In this document: one piece after another, positions 1-5,985 of the stretch
Layout of the letters: every line of letters starts with the position of its first letter
How positions within the stretch are numbered: the first letter of the stretch is position 1
Source: an uncultured Planctomycetaceae bacterium
Lineage (GTDB): Bacteria; Planctomycetota; Phycisphaerae; Sedimentisphaerales; UBA12454
Length of the DNA: 64,000 nucleotides
Direction: 5' to 3'
NCBI GenBank assembly: GCA_964449435.1
Contig: CAYUYR010000010.1
Location: 3,064 to 67,063 of the forward strand
The notes under the pieces: model-generated
Databases searched by the model: none
The model's input: only the letters and a program-made list of their open reading frames with translations
Told to the model about the DNA's origin: nothing
Translations under genes and position numbers: made by a program

Positions 1-171
1 CATTAAAGGGAGACTCGCACATTTACCACATCCAGCGCCCAATAAGAAAGCCTGTTTACTTTGAGCAAGTAGATTGGTCAGTTCCTCAATAGGTTGAGCA
101 TATTTCAAGTCTCGGAGAGGTTCAAGTTCGTCTTTTATGGGCGAGCCGGTATCATTCTTTTTTGTGGTCAT
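1..171 (-). CDS. Partial CDS (first 57 codons; continues past the window start); possibly a SIR2-like N-terminus
   Basis: Missing from the ORF track because the window edge truncates it. The reverse strand has ATG at 171 with GAGGTG 6 nt upstream. It then reads MTTKKNDTGSPIKDELEPLRDLKYAQPIEELTNLLAQSKQAFLLGAGCGKCASLPLM with no stop through position 1. FLLGAGCxxxAxLP resembles the first glycine motif of SIR2-family proteins, but 57 aa is too little to decide. Confidence 0.35.
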   Translation of the reverse strand, partial: MTTKKNDTGSPIKDELEPLRDLKYAQPIEELTNLLAQSKQAFLLGAGCGKCASLPLM

Positions 172-228
172 ATCTCACACCTCGTAGCGTTGTCATCATC
201 CATATTTTTTTCTTTACCCTGTGAAGTG

Positions 229-270
229 CCGCAGCTACTTCATCGGGGCCGCAGTTATCTCTTCGGGGCC
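229..270. repeat. Tandem 20-nt duplication in the leader/promoter region of the edge gene
   Basis: ccgcagctacttcatcgggg (229-248) is directly followed by ccgcagttatctcttcgggg (249-268), 16/20 identical. A third unit starts with cc at 269-270. Confidence 0.7.
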
Positions 271-310
271 TCGGACACTTTTTCCTTCTCCGGTCTCCTG
301 TGTTTTTTTA

Positions 311-434
311 CAGATAACCGATAACTGCTCCCTGATAACTGTTTATCAATTCTATCCTTTTTCTCCTCAAACACAACTGATTTTATCCGTATAAAACGGT
401 AATTGGTTATCAGTTATCAGTTATCGGTTATCTC
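311..434. repeat. Convergent (inverted) arrays of 7-bp GTTATCN repeats
   Basis: The right arm has GTTATC at 406, 413, 420 and 427, an exact 7-nt period. The left arm has the complement GATAAC at 313, 320 and 334, with the 327 unit degenerate. cagataaccgataactg (311-327) is the exact reverse complement of cagttatcggttatctg except for its last base (419-434). About 65 bp of spacer separates the arms. Confidence 0.8.
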
Positions 435-989
435 GAAAATCCCCGAAAAACGACTGGAAACCACATTTTTCCTTCTCTCCTTAACTCTTTAATCAGGAAC
501 ATTTTATTGCGTTAAGACGAAAGCCCTTTAGGGCAATAATTACAAAATATAAGCTCGGACAAAGCTCGCTTGGGTAGAGGCTATTTTTGAAATTATTAAA
601 TCCCGCAAGGGGGTGTCTTAAAGCGATTCTTCGTGTCCGGAGCCTGCCTCGCCGTAACTTTAGTGAAGGCGGGTGGTGAAAAAATCCGTGTCCGTCAGTG
701 TTATTCCGTGTCTAAAAAAATCAACGGAATCAGCGCAATCAGCGTCTAAGTCGTTTTTGTGTCTTGGCCTGTCCCGCCATAGCCTCCGGCCAAGCCGGAT
801 ATAATCTGTACTTTCTCCAACTTCTATAACATATCATCTATAATATCATCGCTTTTTCCTTCTTGACAGTATCGCAAATATCTCGAAAATCATTGAAAAT
901 GGCTTAAAAAATCGGCTTTACTAAAGGAAAGTTTAACTGAAAAATAGCCGATAATAACTTAAATAGGCCGTTATACAGCCTATTTAAGA

Positions 990-1075
990 GTCGTTGGTGA
1001 TTGGTCGTTGGTATATAGAAATTAGCGACGTTGAGTTCCGGATACCATATACCAAATACCATATGCCAAATACTA
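990..1075. promoter_or_regulatory. Two inverted sets of 14-bp tandem repeats upstream of clpP1 (candidate operator/promoter architecture)
   Basis: gtcgttggt occurs at 990-998 and 1004-1012. ataccatat[a/g]ccaa occurs at 1042-1055 and 1056-1069, followed by a partial third unit. ttggtatat (1008-1016) is the reverse complement of atataccaa (1047-1055). The repeats end 36 nt before the clpP1 ATG. Confidence 0.4.
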
Positions 1076-1110
1076 TAACTCTTTATATTTAAAGATGTTA
1101 AGGAAATAAA

Positions 1111-1776
1111 ATGATTATCGAGCCGAATAGAAATCTGATTAGGAATATTAAATCGCCTGTGGCCGGTGGAATCGAACCAAAGTTGCAGGTCCAGCAGAGT
1201 TATCAGCGTACTCGTGAGATGACGCTTGATGATATGTTATTGGAGAATCGGATTATTTTTATGATTGGTGAGATATCGTATGGTTTGGCTGCTAACGTGA
1301 TAATGAAGATGTTGTATCTCGACAATCAGAAACGCGGGACGGAGATTAGTTTGTATATAAATTCGCCTGGCGGCAGTGTTGACGATACGATGGCGATTTA
1401 CGATACGATGCGTTTTATAGGTTCGCCGGTTGCGACGTATTGTATAGGTCGAGCCGAGTCTGGCGGCGCTATTATTCTTGCCGCCGGCGCCAAGGCCCGC
1501 CGCCACGCTCTCCCGCACGCCAAAGTCATGCTTCACCAGCCCTGGGGCGGTGTGACGGGGCAGGCTGCGGATATCAAAATTCAGGCAGAAGAAATACTCA
1601 AAGCCAAAAAGACAATAAATGAGATACTGTCACAATTAACCGGACAAGCAATAGAGAAAATTACCACTGAAACCGAACGCGACAGATATATGACAGCCGA
1701 AGAGGCAAAAACATACGGTCTAATCGACGAAGTGCTGCATGAACACGAAGCAGATAAAGATAAAAAGAAAAAATAG
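1111..1776 (+). CDS. clpP: ATP-dependent Clp protease proteolytic subunit, paralog 1 (N-terminally extended)
   Basis: 221 aa. ClpP motifs: YINSPGGSV, Ser in GRAESGGA, His in VMLHQPWGG, Asp in ERDRYMTAEEA. AAGGA lies 7 nt upstream of the ATG. Confidence 0.93.
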   Translation: MIIEPNRNLIRNIKSPVAGGIEPKLQVQQSYQRTREMTLDDMLLENRIIFMIGEISYGLAANVIMKMLYLDNQKRGTEISLYINSPGGSVDDTMAIYDTMRFIGSPVATYCIGRAESGGAIILAAGAKARRHALPHAKVMLHQPWGGVTGQAADIKIQAEEILKAKKTINEILSQLTGQAIEKITTETERDRYMTAEEAKTYGLIDEVLHEHEADKDKKKK

Positions 1777-1835
1777 ACAGCCACAGAGCCTTTTAGCCAC
1801 AGAGAACACAGAGATATAACGAAAAAGGATAAGAA

Positions 1836-2468
1836 ATGACACTAAATCAACATTTAGTACCGATAGTAATCGAAAAAAGTGGGCGCGGCGAACGAGCTTA
1901 TGACATCTATTCAAGATTGCTAAAGGACAGAATAATCTTCCTCGGCGGTCAGGTCGATGACGAATCGGCAAACCTTATCATTGCTCAAATGCTGTTTCTG
2001 AGCAACGAAGACTCCAAAAGCGATATAAATTTCTACATTAACTCGCCGGGCGGCAGCGTAACGGCAGGACTGGCAGTTTACGATACAATGCATTTTTTAC
2101 GATGCCCCGTAGCGACATACTGCATAGGACAAGCGGCAAGTATGGGAGCAATACTGTTCACCGCCGGCGCAAAAGGAAAAAGATACGTACTAAATAACAG
2201 CCGAATACTGCTGCACCAGCCGTTGATAAACGGCATTCTCGAAGGGCCTGCAACAGACCTCGATATCCAAGCCAAGGAAATCATCAGAATCCGCGGCAGA
2301 ATTTACGAAATACTCGCAGAGCATACAGGCAAATCGGTGGAAAAACTAACGGCAGATTGCGACAGAAATCTGTGGCTCGAAGCGAAAGAGGCTATCGAAT
2401 ACGGACTGGCAGATGAAATACTGCAAAAAGCTCCGCAGCCGGTCGAAAGAGCCGACAAAGAAGAATAA
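1836..2468 (+). CDS. clpP: ATP-dependent Clp protease proteolytic subunit, paralog 2 (canonical)
   Basis: 210 aa. Motifs: [41 protein letters not shown]. It starts 59 nt after paralog 1. Confidence 0.95.
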   Translation: MTLNQHLVPIVIEKSGRGERAYDIYSRLLKDRIIFLGGQVDDESANLIIAQMLFLSNEDSKSDINFYINSPGGSVTAGLAVYDTMHFLRCPVATYCIGQAASMGAILFTAGAKGKRYVLNNSRILLHQPLINGILEGPATDLDIQAKEIIRIRGRIYEILAEHTGKSVEKLTADCDRNLWLEAKEAIEYGLADEILQKAPQPVERADKEE

Positions 2469-2694
2469 ACGTAATCGAAACCGCAGATAAACGGATTTTA
2501 TTGGTCAGTTTATTTAAATGGTTCGTTGTCGAAGGTCTCTAAAAACCCCCAAAGGCTGTCGGCTCGCAACATACCTCAAATAACCTTATCCTGAATAATC
2601 CCTAATTTGCTTTTGGTTTTTTATTTCGTACTCTTTGTATGGAGTCGGATGCAGAAGGCCGAAAGGCCTATAACTCTTTAAAATTGGGGGTTTT

Positions 2695-3000
2695 ATGGGC
2701 TTTAAGAGTAAATTAGTGTTTCTTTTGTTCGTCTATTTTTCCGGTTTTGCAACTGCGGTTTATTATCTATCGCCGAACGGCAGGGCGGGCCCTGCAAGCG
2801 CTTATGCTTCGAGCGGCTATGAAAACAACGGCGTTAAAGCAGCTTTGACGGATATGGGGGACAGGATTTCTGCTGGCTTTGCGAATATGGACAAGGAGAA
2901 GTTCAAAGCCGCTTTTGACAGGGCGGCACTGGCCGTAAGGAATATGACCAAAAGCCGACAGAACGCAAATGAATTCGACGATGGCGGAGAGGATAAATAA
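2695..3000 (+). CDS. Hypothetical small membrane/secreted protein
   Basis: 101 aa with an N-terminal hydrophobic helix (LVFLLFVYFSGFATAVYYL) and a GGGGG stretch upstream of the ATG. A strong intrinsic terminator follows. I recognise no family. Confidence 0.55.
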   Translation: MGFKSKLVFLLFVYFSGFATAVYYLSPNGRAGPASAYASSGYENNGVKAALTDMGDRISAGFANMDKEKFKAAFDRAALAVRNMTKSRQNANEFDDGGEDK

Positions 3001-3061
3001 AAGACTAAAAACATCCACTTGCATCTTTGTTTGGGGGCCGAGCCGTTTCGCAACTGTGTAT

Positions 3062-3092
3062 GGCCGAGGGTGGGAAACCCTCGGCCTTTTTT
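3062..3092 (+). terminator. Rho-independent terminator
   Basis: ggccgagggt / accctcggcc forms a 10-bp GC-rich stem with a 5-nt loop, followed by TTTTTT (3087-3092). Confidence 0.8.
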
Positions 3093-3166
3093 ATGCCGAA
3101 AATTCTAAAAAAGCCTGATTTTAAGTGGTTTTTTAAGGCTTTTACGACCGATATAATAAATAGACC

Positions 3167-3196
3167 TTGCAATACTTGATATAGATTTAGTATATT
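3167..3196 (+). promoter_or_regulatory. Candidate sigma-70 promoter of an ORF-free transcription unit
   Basis: TTGCAA (3167-3172), 18-nt spacer, TATATT (3191-3196). No credible plus-strand ORF lies between here and the terminator at 3414-3445. Confidence 0.3.
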
Positions 3197-3413
3197 AGCG
3201 TATTGCTTGTTCGCTGAAAGGCCGGCAAGGGAAGTTTATAGCGTATGCCTTTACGATAAGGTAGATGTGCATGAGCGATGACTTTGATGCCTGAGGGCTG
3301 CCCGCCTTACAGAACCGAGAGAAAATTCGGTGCTGTGTGTGCTTGTGTACATTGTAGGCAGCAAAAAGTTGTGGGCAGAAAGTGTCCAGAGTAAAAAAAG
3401 GATTTTTCACAGC

Positions 3414-3445
3414 GGCTGACCATTAAATGGGCCAGCCTTTTTTTT
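3414..3445 (+). terminator. Intrinsic terminator/attenuator 79 nt upstream of the lipoprotein gene
   Basis: ggctgacc ... gggccagcc forms an imperfect stem (5+2 bp with one bulge), followed by eight T (3438-3445). No plus-strand ORF precedes it. Confidence 0.55.
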
Positions 3446-3523
3446 ATTGACATATCCAGCAGACAGTTTAACCTCGAACCGTATAAATACCCGTTTTTTA
3501 TGCAGTATTTACGGAGGCAAAAT

Positions 3524-4231
3524 ATGAGAAATTACGCACTGACAGCAATTCTTATAACAACAATGATATTCATCGGCGGCTGCGCAGCAGGTAAAAGCAC
3601 GGCAAGGGCGGATTACGACTTTTCAAAAATATCCAAAATAGCGGTAGTTGATGTGCTCGGGCCGTTGGGAAACGAAGGAGCTAAAAATCAGGTTGCGGAT
3701 ATGCTCACAATGGAACTTCTGCAAAAAGGCTATGCGCCAATCGAAAGGTCTCAGGTGCAAAATATCCTCAGCGAACAGAAGTTTCAGCACGACGCTAATA
3801 TGACAAGCGAAATAGACGCAGTTGAAGTCGGCAAAATCCTTAATGTGCCGACCATAATGATTGTCAATGTCTCAAAGTTCACGGAAGATATAAGCCTGTC
3901 AATCAAGATGCTCGATGCGCAGGACGGCAGTATTCTCTGGGTCGGCAGCGGACAAGGCACGCAGGGCAAGACGCTCGGCACAATACTCGGCGCCGCGGCA
4001 GGTGCAGGCGCGGGCGTCGCGGCAAGCGGCGATGACAGCAGCGATAAAGTCGTCGGCGGCGTAATCGGCGGAGTCCTCGGCGGGGCGGCTGGAAATCTGC
4101 TGACGCCTCAGCAGGCCGAAGCGACTCAAAAAGTGATTAGTAAAATATGCAAAGATATGCCGGCGAGAATACCGCCCAGACAAGACCTGTTTAATTCTGA
4201 TTTGCCAGATGAGGCTGTACAAAAGAAATAA
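3524..4231 (+). CDS. Lipoprotein with a glycine-zipper C-terminal tail (CsgG/LpoB-like periplasmic lipoprotein by resemblance)
   Basis: I moved the start to ATG 3524, which has GGAGG 6 nt upstream. The signal peptide ends in the lipobox IFIGGC. The tail is Gly/Ala-rich (GAAAGAGAGVAASG...GGVIGGVLGGAAG). The family assignment is from memory only. Confidence 0.75.
   Translation: MRNYALTAILITTMIFIGGCAAGKSTARADYDFSKISKIAVVDVLGPLGNEGAKNQVADMLTMELLQKGYAPIERSQVQNILSEQKFQHDANMTSEIDAVEVGKILNVPTIMIVNVSKFTEDISLSIKMLDAQDGSILWVGSGQGTQGKTLGTILGAAAGAGAGVAASGDDSSDKVVGGVIGGVLGGAAGNLLTPQQAEATQKVISKICKDMPARIPPRQDLFNSDLPDEAVQKK
4091..4176 (+). repeat. Direct repeat copy 1 (3' end of the lipoprotein gene)
   Basis: An 86-nt core matches 5025-5110 at 83/86 positions. 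Weaker homology extends from 4064 (atcggcgga) out to tttaatt near 4197. Confidence 0.9.
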
Positions 4232-4242
4232 AGTGTATTAGA

Positions 4243-4554
4243 ATGTCTGCTATGATTAATATAGAAAAAATCAAACCAGAGATTGAGCGGATATGCCAGC
4301 GTTTACCTGTCAAACGATTAGGCCTGTTTGGCTCTGTTCTGACCGCCAACTTTTCTCAGGCCAGTGACGTTGACGTTTTAGTAATCTTTGATTCGGACGA
4401 AAATATTGACCTTTTCGATAAATATTTTGACCTGAAAGAGCAACTCGAACAATTTTTTAAGCGAGAGGTTGACCTTGTTGTTGATAAAGAATTTAGAAAC
4501 CCTGTCTTAAGAGAATCCATCGACAAAACGAGGACAGTTATTTATGAACGATGA
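4243..4554 (+). CDS. mntA: Minimal nucleotidyltransferase antitoxin (MntA type)
   Basis: 103 aa with the Pol-beta-type NTase motif GLFGSVLT...SDVDVLVIFD. It overlaps the downstream HEPN gene by 11 nt. Confidence 0.88.
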   Translation: MSAMINIEKIKPEIERICQRLPVKRLGLFGSVLTANFSQASDVDVLVIFDSDENIDLFDKYFDLKEQLEQFFKREVDLVVDKEFRNPVLRESIDKTRTVIYER

Positions 4555-4882
4555 AACAAGAAAAAACCTTATTGATATCCTTCAGGCCGTCGAGGAAATA
4601 CAGAAATTTGTTCGCGGAATGGATTTCAAAGAATATCAAAATAACCCCCTTACCAAAAGAGCCGTCGAAAGAGATTTTGAAATTATCGGAGAAGCCCTTA
4701 ACAGAATTAAATATGCAGATGACGAGTTGCTCGAAAAGATTTCCGAACATCACCGCATTATAGGTTTCAGAAACATCCTGATTCATGGCTATGACATTGT
4801 TGATGAGGCCATTGTATGGCAGGCTGCTACAAAACATCTGCCAATCTTAGTCAGTGAAGTAAAAGAAATACTAAGCGTATAA
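4544..4882 (+). CDS. hepT: HEPN/DUF86 toxin (HepT type)
   Basis: 112 aa with the Rx4-6H HEPN motif in FRNILIHGYD. This is the typical MNT-HEPN gene pair arrangement. Confidence 0.88.
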   Translation: MNDETRKNLIDILQAVEEIQKFVRGMDFKEYQNNPLTKRAVERDFEIIGEALNRIKYADDELLEKISEHHRIIGFRNILIHGYDIVDEAIVWQAATKHLPILVSEVKEILSV

Positions 4883-5009
4883 CAACATACGGCAGGGAAT
4901 TGTTAAAATGGTGTAGTGATATTGAGAGAAAACACCGAAAAACGAAACTGCCCATATGGAAATTATAACTATGTTTGGTTTTTTCAAAACAAAAAGAATA
5001 GGCGGAGAG

Positions 5010-5138
5010 ATCGGCGGAGCGGTTGGAAATCTGCTCACACCTCAGCAGGCCGAAGCGACACAAAAAGTGATTAGTAAAATATGCAAAGATATGCCGGCGA
5101 GAATACCGCCGGCAAAGAAAAAAGGATTATTTAATTGA
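5010..5138 (+). pseudogene. Displaced second copy of the lipoprotein gene 3' end
   Basis: Reads IGGAVGNLLTPQQAEATQKVISKICKDMPARIPPAKKKGLFN*, against IGGVLGGAAGNLLTPQQAEATQKVISKICKDMPARIPPRQDLFNSD... in the intact gene. The track ORF 4956-5138 covers it, but its upstream part (MEIITMFGFFKTKR) has no convincing RBS. Confidence 0.6.
5025..5110 (+). repeat. Direct repeat copy 2
   Basis: An 86-nt core with three differences from 4091-4176 (ctg/ctc, acg/aca, act/aca). All three are at third codon positions and are synonymous. Confidence 0.9.
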
Positions 5139-5157
5139 GCATCCAATCAGCGGATGT

Positions 5158-5316
5158 TTATACGACAAAGAAGCAGGACAGGAGCCGAAATACGAGTACC
5201 CACGACAGGGAAATAATCGCCATCAGGCAACATATACCAGCCCAAAGCCAAACAATACGGCGTTTTACATATTTTAATTCTTTTTCGAGTTTTTCGACTT
5301 GCAGTTCTTCAGTCAT
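5158..5316 (-). CDS. Small membrane protein (52 aa), not in the ORF track
   Basis: The reverse strand has AAGGAG 7 nt upstream of ATG 5316. The product is MTEELQVEKLEKELKYVKRRIVWLWAGICCLMAIISLSWVLVFRLLSCFFVV*, an amphipathic N-terminus followed by one TM helix. Confidence 0.4.
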   Translation of the reverse strand: MTEELQVEKLEKELKYVKRRIVWLWAGICCLMAIISLSWVLVFRLLSCFFVV

Positions 5317-5476
5317 TTTTGTTCTCCTTCAAAAAAACAATATACATTATACCGAGGAGAGAGGGTGAAAAACAGGTAAAAAAAGGGTAAATTTTACTGT
5401 TGCGTTTAATGGCAGGGGGCGGGTATAATCCCGACATATTTTGTATAAAATTTCTCAAAAGAAAGGAAGTAACAGG

Positions 5477-5866
5477 ATGAATCTTTATGTAGGTAATTTG
5501 TTGTTTGACGTGACCGAAGCAGAGTTAAAAGAGCTTTTTTCGCCATTCGGCGAGGTTACGGAAGTCCGTCTGATAATGGATAAGTTCAGCGGTAAAACCA
5601 AGGGATTCGGTTTTATAGAAATGCCCTCGAAAGAGGAAGCAGAAAAGGCAATTGCGGAATTGAACGGCAAAGATTTAAGGGGCCGGGCAATGACAGTCAA
5701 TGAGGCAAAGCCCAAGACTGACCGCGGCGGCAGAGGCGGCGGCGGTGGTCGCGGCGGTTACGGCGGCGGCGGTCGCGGCGGTTACGGCGGCGGCGGACGC
5801 GGCGGTTATGGCGGTGGCGGCGGCGGCAGAGATAGCAGAGGCGGCGGCGGCAGAAGAAGCTACTAA
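5477..5866 (+). CDS. RRM-type RNA-binding protein with an RGG/Gly-rich tail
   Basis: RNP motifs: LYVGNL (RNP2) and KGFGFIEM (RNP1). The tail is GGRGGYGGG x3. I moved the start to ATG 5477 (AAAGGAAG upstream); the track start at 5441 is a TTG. Confidence 0.9.
   Translation: MNLYVGNLLFDVTEAELKELFSPFGEVTEVRLIMDKFSGKTKGFGFIEMPSKEEAEKAIAELNGKDLRGRAMTVNEAKPKTDRGGRGGGGGRGGYGGGGRGGYGGGGRGGYGGGGGGRDSRGGGGRRSY
5736..5830 (+). repeat. 27-nt tandem coding repeat (GGRGGYGGG units)
   Basis: ggcggcggcggtcgcggcggttac-type units repeat about three times with only third-position changes, inside the RRM protein tail. Confidence 0.8.
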
Positions 5867-5948
5867 AAGCCGATATTACTGAAAAAGTAAATACGCGACA
5901 AAAAAGCAAAAGAGTCGCAAACGTAATATAAACAAATAATCCGTGAAA

Positions 5949-5985
5949 TTCGCCATATTCCCGATTAAAATGGGGATATGGCGAA
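5949..5985 (+). promoter_or_regulatory. 14-bp hairpin/palindrome covering the uvrB start codon
   Basis: ttcgccatattccc (5949-5962) pairs with ggggatatggcgaa (5972-5985): 13 Watson-Crick pairs plus 1 G-U, with a 9-nt loop. The uvrB ATG (5978-5980) lies inside the 3' arm. Confidence 0.5.

Noticed and set aside
311-434. Replication origin (oriC) interpretation of the GATAAC/GTTATC arrays
   Set aside because: There is no dnaA, dnaN or gyrB nearby. There is no cluster of TTATCCACA-type DnaA boxes; only one weak TTATCCGTA occurs at about 384. I see no adjacent AT-rich unwinding element that I could justify.
3195-3410. 71-aa minus-strand ORF in the ORF-free unit
   Set aside because: It has no RBS and is Cys/His/Phe-rich without a pattern. 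It is opposite a promoter-terminator pair on the plus strand.
5736-5830. CRISPR-like periodic repeat
   Set aside because: The repeats are contiguous with no spacers, in frame, and inside a coding region. No cas genes are present.
5697-5909. Ala-rich (+) and Arg-rich (-) 60-70-aa ORFs
   Set aside because: They are alternative frames of the GGN-rich RGG repeat in the RRM protein gene.
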